Source: Marsupella aquatica
Taxonomy: Eukaryota > Plantae > Marchantiophyta
NCBI GenBank assembly: GCA_973895155.1
Contig: OZ316898.1
Span: 1,304,751-1,368,750 of the forward strand
DNA length: 64,000 nucleotides
Reading direction: 5' to 3'
The stretch's first letter is position 1. Every line of letters starts with the position of its first letter. A program made the position numbers and the translations under genes. The notes beneath the pieces were generated by a model. That model searched no databases. It was given only the letters and a program-made list of their open reading frames with translations, and was not told where the DNA came from. Below, one piece after another: positions 13,760-27,101 of this stretch.

Positions 13760-15505
13760 TATACATTTTTATCTAATTTATGGACCCCTTTAATTTTAAG
13801 ATTCTAGAGTATTTTGAACTTATTTTGGCAGCCCCCTTATAAATTTTGATGTTTGTGATCTATCAGAGATGAAGGAATGGCTCCACCACTTCAACAAAAT
13901 ATTCTCATGAGTGAGAGAAATGGTTCTGATTGTGTCCTAAGTTCCCCTTATGTCTTTCTTTCCTAAGTGTATGGTTTTTATTGAAATGAGTGTCAGTCTT
14001 TCTTTCCTAAGTGTATGGTTTTTATTGAAATGAGTGTCATTCATGAGGACATTGAATTAAGTGCAGACATAGTAGCATCCTTGATTGTACTTTTCATTGG
14101 TCACTGTGCACCAATCCTTCTAGTTAAATGTTCTCATATTTTATTTACTTTCAAATCACTACAAGACAAAAACTCAAACATGTTCCAGGATGAGCATGCT
14201 ATATCACACAGTGGAATAGCAAAACCGGCTGTTGACCTTGTGAACTCACTCGGTAATAGTCCATTTATGGAAAACTCTACTAGATTTGCCAAAAACTCAC
14301 CCTACACCTTGCCACCACACAGGTGCACCCTTGCTTGGGAGGGGGAGGAGAGAAAGGGGTGAGAGAGGGCAAAAAGAGGAAAAAAACAAAAATAAAACAT
14401 CTCTATTCCTCCTAGGAGACCGCAACTGGACACCAAGAGGCTCTTAGTCCCCCATTTTATTCATCTGCATTTCTTTGTCTCATCTCAATAGCTTCTTTGC
14501 AACTCAAAGACATTAGGTTAATAAACTGTCAAACTATTCCAATGCTCATGGAGGGTGACGGTTGTGGTAAATGATTTTGTTCTTATTATATTGATGGTGC
14601 GGCCCACTGCCATGTATTTGTTGCAAAAGCTATAGATGAGCAAAAGGCAAGCAATCTACATGAGAGAGGTTGGTGGGAGGGGGGGGGGGGGGGGGGGGGG
14701 GTTGGCACTTGGCTGTGCCTGGATCCACAAGGTGTGGCAGCTGGGCATTGGGTGCATTTGTATCTGTGAGGGTGAATGGATTGCATGTGAAGGCAGTGGC
14801 AGGGCTCATAGAGTGGCCAATTGAGGTCATTTTTGAAAACTTTAGTCACAATAAAATGGGCAGTGGAATCCTAGAGCCTGGGTTAATTTGTTGAACCCGC
14901 CCAAATATATGTCATTTGAGAAGGAGTCTCTGAGATGAGGAGAACAGATGGATCTTTTATCAAATTTTGAAGCTGCTATATGGTGAATCCAACTTTCACA
15001 TTTTGTCTTATTGAGATTTTGTGTCAAGTATTTTGATTTTAATGTGCCTTAAGAAAGTGAATCATTTGTATTAATTTTTAACTTTTGTACCCCTTTTAAT
15101 TTTAGTGAATTCATAGTATTTTGAAAGTATTTAGTGAATTCTCTTTTCTCTAATGAAAGGGAGAGAAATGAGTTTGAACAATGTGCACATCTAGTGTACT
15201 AAGTTCCCCTAGTGATCTCCTTTACAAAATTTATGGTTTTAAATGAGTTAACTGTCATTACTTAGAAGGAAGTGAAAATTTGTACTGTATGTGCACAACT
15301 CTTTAGTACTTTCTTGGTCATAATATGTTTTTTTTTGCATGTGTATTTTATGGTTTTGTGTGTTATGGCACTCACTCTTAATTAAGAGATATTAATTTCT
15401 TGGCATATACTTTATATGTACCTAGTTACCTACTTATTTTATCATAAAATTACATATCACTACAAGACAAAAAAAGACATGTTCCAAGATGAACATGCTA
15501 TACTA
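13760..15505. repeat. Degenerate ~450-bp direct duplication (about 13760-14205 and 15040-15505), probably an old non-autonomous element
   Basis: Shared blocks include CTAAGTTCCCCT, TATGGTTTT..ATGAGT and ATCACTACAAGACAAAAA...ACATGTTCCA.GATGA.CATGCTATA (near 14155 and 15456). There is also an exact 44-bp tandem duplication at about 13952-14039 and a poly-G run at about 14678-14701. Confidence 0.55.
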
Positions 15506-17188
15506 TATCAAAGAACCTTAGATTTTGATTTGGATCCATAGAGTGCTGTACATGACTACCACATGAAGATCTAACAAACTCCAAAGACTCTGCTATGTTA
15601 TTTTCCGCATGAAAAGTCATATCGTATTACTACTTAGGGCGTCTCAAAGCTTTAAAGTTGCAGACAATAGCTTGTGGCCATAAGCAAAGGGCCTTGACTT
15701 TATCACAGGGTCATGTCAAATTTTCCTTTTGTTTTTTTTCACTAGTTCTCCAATGACTTATGGTCATGACATATGACCAATTTTGATAGAACCCCATATA
15801 TTTGAGTTAAAGATTTCTGGTCAATGTTATGACCCTCTACTATCTGTATCCCCTGAAAACCTCCCCCAACATCGAAAGCTTCCAGGTCTCGGCATTGAAT
15901 GGCTTGTTCTCCTGGAAAAAAAAGACCAATGATAGTAAGTGAGCTTGAGAAGCTTCTGGACCAGTAGTATCTTTTATTGCAAATAGTTCTGAATTAGAAT
16001 TTTGGAAGTTCAATGAATTATAACTTTTCTACTGGGTACTTAAGCTACTAAGTTAAGGTCCCATCAAATTTGAGGTTGTCAGTAGTCCTACTATATTGAA
16101 GATCAACATAATAAACTACCGTTCACTTGAACATGAGATAAAGATACTATTCTGGTATTTAAACGTTCATGCTGCAGTATGCCAGACTAGAACCGAGTAC
16201 CTTGAAGAAGGTGAGAAATTATGTTCTTGGGTGGGTTCTTGGTCTTTCCCGTTGCCTCGAAAAATTGACGGCATAGATGTGCCCCAAACATCTTGGAGCG
16301 AGTTTTGAGGGCCAGGAACTCTTGATGAGTTCTTGCAATCAATTCCTCCGCTCTGCTCCCCTCTTGCTAAGATCGTTTCCGCCGAGAATCTCGTCGGGGA
16401 AAATGGATACTGTTTTGACAAGACTCTGAAGCTAGAATACCCACAAAGAGAGAAATTTTGATGTTCTGAGTGTCTGGGTAACAGTGAGGTGGGTTCGCCT
16501 AGCAAATGCTTTACTTTAGCAATTTTAGGGTGGGAGCTTCGTCTCGGGGTTGAACGGATTCAGCCAAAGCTTGTAGCTCGCTGCAGAATGACTTCATGAG
16601 ACGAGACAGGTACACATTTTGTGAAAGCTCGTGAGAAAGGACTAATGATTTCACGTGGAGTGATGCTGCAGAGAAAAGATCCAGCTTAGTTTGAATTGGT
16701 GGTGCTTTAAGGCCTCCAGTCCTTCTTGAGAGTACCCGTTCTTGAATTGATTTCTTTGACAAGAGAGCCGAATTCTTTGACGAGAGAGAGACTGTACATT
16801 GAAGATGGGAAGCAAGAGATTGACTGCCACGTGATCCGATCCATATGCTGCAAAGTCGGACTAGTTCGTGGATCACAGTGAAGCAAGGAAAACCAATTCT
16901 GAGTCATTAATTAATTTTCGAAGAGCTTCACGTACCACGGAGATATCGAGCTCCCTGGCCAGGACAGTCAGGGCCCAGACGTTGGGAAACAAGGGAATCA
17001 AAGATTGAGAACATGACATACAATCTCAGGACGAGGCTCCACCAAGGAAGCATTGGAAGGCGTATTGAGACCGAGCGCTTCCAGTGATGAGCCATGTGTG
17101 CATCGCTGGAGTAAAGTAAGATCAGCAGCCGCAAGTTTCACAGAGAGCATTTGATTTCAAGGACGCAGGTCCGCCACAGATCCTTCTG

Positions 17189-20100
17189 ATGGAGACCAGA
17201 CGACAACAGTTGAAGAAGGCGACGATCATGAGAGAGCTTAGTACTGCCATTCAAGTTGGATTGGCAGTGGTGCTGATGGTGGCCACAAGACTATCGCTGA
17301 CCACCGGCGTCAGGTGGAACGCTGGCGTCTCGCCCAACGTCTATATACTTCGTCTGAAAGGAGATTCCGTCCACCAATGGAAGTCGGCCGCTGCGCAGCG
17401 AGAAAACCTTCTTGGCACGGAGAAGTACGTATACGTCCCTGCTGGGGCTCTTCTGTTGTTTAGCCGACCATCTAACTACATTCTGGTGGTCAGATTTGGG
17501 GCATACTTCATGTCACAGTTCATTGGGCGGATTTACTTTGTTTCATACCAAAAGCATATGTGTAGTTATTAAACAATGGATACAGAGCTGTAGTGGGGTC
17601 AATCCATTGGTACTTAGCTAAGCTATGATCTGAGCTGTTCATGGTAAAGGCTGTCTATTTACATTAATAATTTAAATGTCTGAAAGGCATCGGACATCTG
17701 ATTGAACTGAACAGATTTTAGGCTCGTTCTAAAGGCTACCAATGCGAATTGAAGAAAGAAAACAAATCGCAGGTTCATTGTTCGTGTCGACATTATTTCG
17801 GTACCCCTTGATCGTCATTAATGTCGGTCAAATTAAAGATGTTCTTCGCGGAGATGTTAGACCATTTCTGATCGCAATGCTTGCGTTGAATATCTGTGCA
17901 GCATTCAGATTGAATCCGAGAAGTACGCGGATTATCTGAAGAAATCACACGACAGTCTTCTTATGGAAGTGCTTGAACCTAACAGCTATGAGAAGCTTTA
18001 CAGCTACACGTTTCTGCTGAACGCTCTTTCTGTCAAACTCCATCAGAGCACCCCTCAGGTTTGTGTGCAGTGACGCACGCTTGAATTACCGTAATTTTTC
18101 ACATACGGCCAAGATTACTTCCCTGCAGGTCTATTTTCTGTTTGCCAGTGCTCAAGAGCATAATAGCTGCTCAAGAGCATAATAGCGAAGCTCATTCATC
18201 TTCTTCAACCGTAAATGATCGCACTAGCTTATATTAGCATAGAATAGTTTAGTTGGAGGCTCAACTTGCATCAGGTAACACGTCAGGATTGAGATTTAGA
18301 TATTAGTAGTCGACTTCGGTTTCCAGACTCCAATCTTTCATGTAATGTAGCAACTAACCATATTACGGAAAATGCAGAATCTCTGTACTAGTGAGCATTC
18401 ACGAATCTGGACTCACCCAAGAAAGAAAACGAAAAGTCTTTAAGTCCTCTTTTTCGTAAATCCTGTTACAACCTTTTAGAGCTATCCTTTCTTGGACCTG
18501 CGATTTAGATCTTGGCATGGGCTTTCAATTTATTCAAGATATTTGGTGAGCAAATCAGATGATCGAGGAGGATTGTAATACCCAACTCGAAGTACTAAGC
18601 CAGTTATTCTTGCCACTGTCCCAGCAGACGGAGATACTTCGCAGCCATCCGAAAGTAGCGTTCGTCGAGCAAGAAATCGTGTTCCACAAAACCACAACGC
18701 ACACGCCCGATTTTCTTGGTCTGCCGTCTGGTGCGTGGAGACTAGATGGAGGAATAGACCACGCAGGAGAAAATGTGGTGATAGGAATGTTGGACACCGG
18801 CATCAGCCCGAGCCATCCAAGCTTTGCTGGTATGATCAATTCCGACGACAGGAGCTCTTGGACATCATCGTGGAAAGGAAAATGCGCCGTAGCTGAGTCT
18901 TTTCCAGAGGGGTCATGTAATGATAAATTAGTAGGTGCACAGTACTTCGATAAAGGCATAGTTGCGGCCAATCTCTTCAACGAAACCTATGATTTCGCCT
19001 CTCCTCTCGACGGAGATGGTCATGGAACGTAAGTTTACCTTCCTGGCCTAGTATGAATGTTTCTTGATTTAGTATTGATAGCCAATTATACGCCTCTTTG
19101 ATCCAAGAAATCGGGTCACGGTAGAATCTCACTACCATAGGTCTAAAGTTATAGATCTACATATGGAGCTCATCTTTTCTTTTCCACCATCTTCCTTTCA
19201 TTTATACATATTAAGAATGAGTACCAAATTATGATGAAGCCTGGGATAATGAAGCGAGGCTATTCATTGTAGCTAGACGGCGGATGGATTCCAAATGGGT
19301 CCGGGACATAAATTAATTAAGCATACAAGCCAAGAAAGCGTATGATTGGAAAACCAAAGAAAAAGAAAGACAGAAATAACTAGTGTACCAATAAAGAATT
19401 GAAGGCTGAGAAGAGCAAGCTAATGAGTACGTGCCGTCGTACCAAATCGTTTCTTTCTGAATTTGAAGCTGAGTTGCCATTGAAGCTGCTTCAATTTCAG
19501 AAAATTCACTTCAGTGAAAAATTTCACTACAAATCGAGTCCAGAACTTCGTTAATTTATAAGACAGTCAACTTACGCGGGTGCTAGCTTCCCTATGCTAA
19601 TCTTCTTGACACACTTTATTTTTTGTGCATTACCTTCGCGTCACGCATAACTGGCGTTGGTAATGGTTTCTTGATCACCAATTTACTTATACAGGCATAC
19701 AAGTTCAATCGCGGCTGGAAACAATGGCGTCCCAGTGATTGTTCGCGACTACAACTACGGTTTTGCTAGCGGAGTTGCACCACGAGCTCGGTAACGTAAC
19801 TCTGACTAGACATAACTAGCCAGTCTCCCCTTCCGCTGATGGCGTATGTTTTGGAAATATACTCTTAATTAGGAAGTAGCTAAGTTAACAAAGAATTGAT
19901 TATGAAAAATGTTGAGTATCAGTATTGCAATAGGTGCGAATGTAGCATCTCAAGAGCTCTTTTAAGTGCACACTCTCCACTTGATGTAAAGAAACGTTTT
20001 GAAACGATTTCGTTAATCGGCTCAACCCAGGTCCGCAAACCTCGTGTTTTACACGTGCAGGCTGGCAATATATAAGGTCATATACAGAGATGGAGGGTTT

Positions 20101-23100
20101 TTATCTGATGTCCTTGCGGGTATCGATCAGGTCTCTCATCCCTGACTATCAGAGTTCAATAATCTTAATTAAGCAGTGGCTTGAAAATAGTACTTTGGGT
20201 ACTGACCCGTTTATTCCGTAGCAGTCCCTTTCTTCTAAGTAATGAAGAGCTAGCCTAGGACAACTTGACATGGTGCCCGGGGACATCATTCTGCAGGCAG
20301 TCCAAGATGGCGTGGATGTACTGAGCATCTCTCTGGGATCAACGAGCGGGACCTACGGAATACCGAGCTTGAACACCTTCGACATCTCTCTTTTGTTTGC
20401 GGTGAAGGCCGGAGTCGTCGTCGTGCATGCCGCCGGCAACAATGGGCCGTACCCTCTCAGCATGAATTCGTTTGGACCGTGGGTAATCTCTGTTGCAGCT
20501 GGCCTCACTGACCGGTCCTATTCCAATCCCATCATCCTGGGCGACGGGCAGCGCTTCCATGGCTTAGGCTTATCAGGTGTGTTTCTCGCAGGCAGCAAAA
20601 ACAGAGTGCATGCCCAGAATTCACTGATCTTATAGAATTATCAGCAGACTTCGGATACATGCATCACAGAAAATCTACACTTATATTCACACAGTTGTCC
20701 GGATAATTTGGCATTGGCCCTGGCCGACGAGTTCAGAATTCTTTGCCCAAACATTGCATATATTGTCATCATGAATTACAATTAAAGTTTTTGATGACGG
20801 AGAGAAGTCTTGGAACGTTCGATGGCTGACGCGCAGGCATTCTTTTTGTCGCAGCTGGCACGCCGGGAAAATATCTGCACGAACTGATTTACGCCGAGGA
20901 TGCATTTGCAAATGGTACCAGTGCCTACGATGCTGAGTACTTTTCCTACTGCCAGGATTCGGCACCTTTCAAGGCGGGTCTCGTGAAGGGAAAAATCCTG
21001 ATTTGCAACTTTGTAGAGTATTTCTCTGGAGGCGCAGCAGCCCAATTCCAAGCTGCATTGACCACCGCAGAAAAGCTGGAAGCTGCTGGACTTCTGATAC
21101 TGACGGAGGCCAGCGATGGAGGCCGCGAGAAGGGCAGCAGTTTCGATCCCATTCCTTTCTCGCTTCCTGCGAGCTTTGTCTCAGACACCAATGCAGCGAA
21201 GGTACGTAAAATACTTACATTTTCTCTGTTCGAATATTGCTCGCAAACTATATATCAGCGCGTGCGTCTTTGTTTTCGTGACTTCAACAAATCTTCCAGG
21301 TTTCTAGCCTAGCACTAACCTTCTGGTAAGGTTTGAAATCATGTAAGACTGATGCTCGACCATCACTTCATTTCTCTTGCAGTATCGTTTCCTTACTGAT
21401 GGGGGGATTCGTCCGGATGTTAGCTTGATTTATCTCCGAAGCTCATTTCTCAGCCATAGCTGGAAGTTTTGATGGTTGTTGAAACTCTAACACGTGTAAC
21501 CAATTATTAATTTGTGTCAAGCAGCAAATTCTCCAATACTACAGACAGAAAACCAAGAAGGACCATTCTGGGATGGTATATGAGTTCGGAGCTGTGGCAA
21601 GGTTGAAAGACTCGCGCAGGGCTTCATATATGGTGGAGGCACCGCTGGTGTCTTCCTTCTCAGCCCGAGGTCCCATTTACTCCAACACTGTCACCTCCGT
21701 GATTGCCGATGTGCTCAAACCGGATATCATGGCTCCTGGCAGCCAGATTTGGGGCGCTTGGTCTCCTAATGGCATTGACACCAATGGCTACAATGGTAAG
21801 CATGATGCTAACGTTGAGAGCCCAATCATAATTTTGCATTGTGTAGATAAAACCAAATGCAGTTAGCAGTTGAGCAATTGAACAGTGGTTTATTATAAAC
21901 TTGTCACAGGAGAACATCCCACGATATTCGTATACTTCTATTTTCTGATACCGCGGTTCAATGGAAAGGGGACATGGACGCTGCTGCTTGATCGTCAATG
22001 GGCGAAGTGTCACTAGAAATATATTGTTTCGTTTTCGCTTATGTGACTTTCTGAGGATATACGGCTTGACGTCTTTTAAATACATTTGAATGAGTGATGA
22101 AGTGGGTCCTTATACAAAGTCTACAGTAGTTATTTGTGCCTCTATGCATGTATTAGTACTGTTTTGGGTTATTTCTTTTTGTTCGAGAAAAGTTTGATTA
22201 CCCCTGAATATACCTGATTGCAAACATATGCAGGCCAAAGTTTCGCTATGCTGTCTGGAACCAGCATGGCCACACCTCACATAGCTGGAGTAGCCGCTCT
22301 CTTGAAGCAGAAGCATCCCGAATGGGATGTCTCTTCGATCAAATCGGCAATTTTGACAACAGCCGGCCAACGAGACAGTAGAAACCGGCTTCTGCGTGCT
22401 CAGCAACCGTCCATCAATGCCTCCACTACTCTGGGACGCGGCACGTTTTTTGATTACGGCTTTGGTGCTGTCAATGCCACAGCGGCTATGGACCCCGGGC
22501 TGGTTTTCAGAACAGGTATTCTTTATTGCAAACGCCTTACTCTTAAACACTTCTACCTGTCTATCAAAGGGTTGATAGTCTGCTCAGTTCGAGCTGGCTT
22601 CTGTATTAGAGTCTTTTGTATCATATTTGTGCAAGCTACAGTGAAAGTTTATGCTGAGTAAAAGATATGGGGTCATAGATATCATCGAGAGCAATGCCAG
22701 CTACCGAGTCTGATCGCCTTTGGATCATGCAGAATTTCAGGACCACATAAACTTTCTTTGCACATTGCCTGGAGCAGACCCCAACACTGTGCAGGATGCT
22801 ACAGGGGGGACCTGCGAGGCACAAGTCGGGGCGAGAACCTCCGACCTGAACGTGCCATCAATCACCATTGCCAACCTCATCGGCTCTCGAACTGTTCGCC
22901 GAGTTGTCACAAATGTCGGTTTAGAGGAAACATACGTCTCCAAGATCTACGATCCCACTGGAGTTAACGTGACTGTGAGGCCAAGCATCCTCACCATCAA
23001 GGAAAAGCGGACTGCTAGCTTCAAGGTCACACTTACGGCGACCAGTACTGTCCAACAGTTTACTTTTGGAGCTTTGACTTGGGAAGGGAGCAATGGACAT

Positions 23101-23148
23101 GTTGTCTTCATGCCTCTCTCAGTATCAGCCAACTCGGTAAGTGGATAA
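17189..23148 (+). CDS. Subtilisin-like serine protease (plant SBT2-type; signal peptide, I9 propeptide, S8 domain, PA domain, Fn3-like C-terminus), about 10 exons; start at 17189 or 17228
   Basis: I9 exon 17902-18058 (SHDSLL..YEKLYSY). Catalytic motifs GMLDTG, DGDGHGT/HTSSIAAG, AAGNNG and SGTSMATPHIAG. Also KPDIMAPG, DLNVPSITI and FGALTW. Stop at 23148. Confidence 0.95.
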
Positions 23149-24879
23149 GCTGGGCACTCGAGAGTGAGCTCAACTCTTACCGACATGGGTTTGAGCTTTT
23201 CGGACATTTATATGTCAAGAGGCTCACCATGCTTAACGGTAACATATATTGAGTTCTAACTTGGAGAGTTCTCTCTCATCTTAGCTATAAACATTTTTAG
23301 GTTTCATAATACACCCCTTTTTTTGAGGAGGGGATTATACAAAACACCATAAATTTAGTAAAAGTAAAGATTAAATATAATTTTACCATACAAAAAATAA
23401 TTAAATTTAGTCAAGCTCTCAAGATGATAACCAAATTTTATATGGTGATACTAACAAAATATCTATGAATAGAATCTAATATAACTAAAGAACATATATT
23501 TTTGGCCAATTCCATAACAACCATTTCTTGGATGACCCTTTAAATTGAATTTTCTATTTCAAGGATTGATTTTTTCTTGTTTGTTACCGAAAAGTCACTC
23601 AAGTTTTTACGTACATTAATGTCCTAGTTACGGGCATTATGAAAATAATGCACTCAAAACTTGGGCTAGTTCCCTCATTTTTCAGGGCATTATATCCCAC
23701 AATGCCCTCTAACCAGGACATTATCCTATTCTGAAAGAGCCACTGAACGAAGAGACAAGGTGCTATTTGAAAATGATAACTTTTGTGTTTACACAATCAC
23801 TCTGTGGGTTATTGGCCATATTCCCCTGAGTATATCCTGATAACTGGTATCAGGACATGAATACAATCAAAGGACTAAGGTATTTCATATTTCTGCTTTG
23901 GTAAACGCAGGTGAGAAGTTGCATAGGGAGCCCATCCTGTAATGAGCCATCCTAACATTAACGTGCATTATCATTCTACTATAATTTGCAATTCCACCAA
24001 AACTTTTCATAACTCTTGATAGTCTACTCACAAACTTGAAAGTAGGGAACAACATCTAGCCATCAAATGTATCCCATAATTTTTTGTTAGGACTGTGTGC
24101 ATTGGGGTGCCCAATGACGGTCCTAACGAGGGTCTATTATCTCGGGAGGAGAGCTATATTGAAGAAGGTGGGATAAGTGGTACATGTGCAAATTATACCA
24201 TACATGTATGTCAGATATGAGAGTATAGTATAATATACCCTGGGTGTATTTTACTACATAGGAAGCATGCATGTACATATGAAGCATGGGGTGGGAGGTT
24301 TATGATGTGGAAAAGGTTTACATTTTATTTTGATTTTTTGGTCACTATTTTTCCATGCCATTTTTTATTTGTGTTGGAGGGATGAGGGTGGTGTTGTCTT
24401 GTTTTTTGGTTTCCTGTCAAATTCAGGGTCCAAGGTGAATTCGTTGCCCACCCCTCCCACCTGTCATGTTTTTTCTGGAGGTGGACAATTGTGGGCTGGT
24501 GCACAGGGAATTGTTGTTGCATGTGGTTCAATCTGACTTGCACAATTCTTCGTTTTGGCCCTTATTTCATCTTTGTTTCCCATTTAATTTCTTTGCATTG
24601 CCCAACATATTCCTTGTTTGCATGGAGTTTTCTGTATTGCTCTGGCAGTAGAATTTGTTGCCTTCCTTATGGGATGAATTTTCCTTGCAGCCCATTGGCA
24701 TCTAAGCATTCCACATTGACAGTACCTTGCACCCAATTTAGGTGGAGGTGTGGGAGTGGATTGGTCTGGAGAACTGCGGGGAAAGAGAAATAACAAGAGG
24801 GGCCCACTGTACACCCCCTTTTTGCCTGCACCTTGTGCCCATCTGTCGCCTGCACCTTGTGTAGTCTGCCTTCCCTTGT

Positions 24880-24904
24880 ATCACCCTATTAATTAAAACT
24901 GGAA
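24880..24904 (+). repeat. Left terminal inverted repeat
   Basis: 22/25 match to the reverse complement of 37840-37864; preceded by TSD TTGT. Confidence 0.82.
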
Positions 24905-24944
24905 TTTCTCTAGTCCAGAAGTTGACCTTCAAATTTCTTATTTT

Positions 24945-25045
24945 ACCCCCAAAAGTTCTATAACTTGTTCCCCAAAAGCATACATTTTAGTGGCCAAATA
25001 TACACTTTTTGAGGTCTAAAATTACAATTCTAATGCCCAAATTAT
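24945..25045 (+). repeat. Left subterminal repeats (CCCAAA(T/A)-core, ~22-bp period)
   Basis: cccccaaaagttcta / ccccaaaagcataca / gccaaatataca / tctaaaattaca / gcccaaatta at 21-24-bp spacing. Confidence 0.6.
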
Positions 25046-25589
25046 TAATTAAATAATTCAGTTATCAATTATTAATACTTATTAATTAAAAGACATTAAA
25101 GTGTTCTTATTATATACAATATAAACAATGAAAAAATAGAATAAGACAATATAATAAATTGAAATGACCCTGATAACCAAGTTACACAAAGTAACACGGA
25201 AGGTAAACGGACCGGTGATGTATTATAAAAGTAAAAAACCTATTTTTACAGGGTCGAGACCACGTCTGCCCCAATGCAGGCTCTAGATGGTTTTGACCGG
25301 TTGTTGAATGTATATCAATTACTATGTAAAAATCTATGTCAAGATTATCTCGACCCAAATGTAGGGTCCACATAATTTTGACCCGTTGTTGAATCTATAT
25401 CTCTAGCTATTCCCTTTGTAGAGGGTCTAGACCCAAATAACCTTTTTCTGAGAACATATCTACAAGTAAATGAGGATCAACAGCATCTAGACTCAAATGG
25501 ATACTACGCATAGCTTCACTCTTTTTTCGAGTAAGAATATGTATATGTACAACTCACATCGTAACTGTTCAGTGTAGGGTCGAGATAAT

Positions 25590-26864
25590 CTAGACCCAAA
25601 TCTCATGCTCCTCCACCCCGCAGAATTCATTTGAGCAAGTAAACCTAGACCCTGACGGGTCATATTTCATATCGCGATTACAGAAATTGAGAGGCTTTCT
25701 ATTCCAGAACTTTGTTGTGAGGTCCCTACACCTCAAGACTTCCAAAACAAATCCCCGATGATTGTCTCTTTAGGGTCCTGTGTACTGATATCCAATTAAT
25801 GTCTTTGCAAGGTCGTTGATCGCCTCCTCCGTCAATTCCTCCATTGGTGGTAATTGTTGCACTTCATTTTTGATATCCCAGGGAATTTCGTCCGCTGTAA
25901 CATCCAAGACTGTATGGATAACATTGGGAACCCATACCATACTACCCCACCTCTCCGACAACAGAGCATAAATGGCAGCCTGTTGATCCCTGTCCGATAA
26001 AACATTGATCATAGACCACTTTGGATGATTGATAAAAAGATAGTGCTGAAGATTGAAGGCATGATACAATTTCCTGAGCAGAGGCCACAGTATTTCTGGA
26101 AAGAATGTATCATCCATGGAGTGATGCGAAAATGAGGAAGGAAACAACCCACAATTCTCTGGATTTGCAAACGCCTTCATTGGAGTGTCATCAAGAAGGA
26201 GTGTATTAGTTTCGTCGTATAATCCACCATAACATTTCCAAACAACCCTCAAATCCTTCAAAAGAATATTTGCCTTTCCATCGGTAATGTCAGGCCTCTG
26301 GATTCCAGTATCGAATGTATCTTCTTGAGTGAGAATAAACTTGAATTGCTCTCTCTCTTCTTGATTGAAGATCAAATGAATCATTTCATCCGTCCTGGGT
26401 TTCCTTGCACAAGTCCAAATGGCAACATCAAATAATGAAAAAGCTGCGATTAAGAACTCGTGAAGATGGGGTCGCTCAACATACATAAAGTTAAACCCTC
26501 CACGTCTCCCCCAGTGGACACCATTGACACTTGTCGCACTACGGCGCGGTCCGGAACTTGGCGTTTTGACAGAATCCCAGCACATTTTGTTGAGGTCAAG
26601 AATCAATAGCTTCCGTCTGATCGGACCGTGAAGTGGAGGCAAGGGTCCTGCAAAGTACGAACACCAACATTAGAATTGTGGGAGATAAAACAAAGGAATG
26701 CTCGAGACGATCTCGAGCATCACAAGTGAATGAACAACAGTCAACATCATACCTGTTGTTTGTGGAAGGTCAGTAGTTGAAGAAATCTCAGGACATCTTC
26801 GGAGATTATTGTCGACGCACTCCACAATTGGTAAGGGCCCGCCTATTTCTGTGAAGGTAGACAT
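25590..26864 (-). pseudogene. Transposon cargo: FCP1/SCP/NIF-family HAD phosphatase-like protein; exons 26864-26753 and 26647-25590, with a premature TAA at 25770-25772
   Basis: Motifs KLLILDLNK, RPHLHEFL..FDVAIWT, LLKDLRVVW and TNTLLLDDTPMKAFANP. A phase-1 GT-AG intron at 26752-26648 joins the exons in frame. The frame continues about 60 codons past the stop (FCNRDMK...TCSNEFC...WV*). Confidence 0.75.
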
Positions 26865-27101
26865 AATAATTTAGACGGCTGAATTTCCGGACAGTTCAAA
26901 CTAACTTGGGTTTCAACCTCACGTGCTGAAAGACCCAAATTCATCTAGAAGGTTATCTCCTAGTTGGTTTTGGATGTCCAAATTTATCCCTCCGGGAAGG
27001 GTCTCAACAAGAGCTGGCTCAGACCAAACTGGCACTAATTTAAACTTATCCATCCTATACTTTCTAGATCGAATAATCTTCTCAGACTACTCTATAGAGA
27101 C

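Noticed and set aside
14586-14894. Poly-Pro/poly-Gly ORFs
   Set aside because: Artefacts of a G homopolymer.
16167-17134. Several 70-120-codon ORFs on the - strand upstream of the subtilase
   Set aside because: No recognisable domain or consistent splice model; could be UTR or non-coding.
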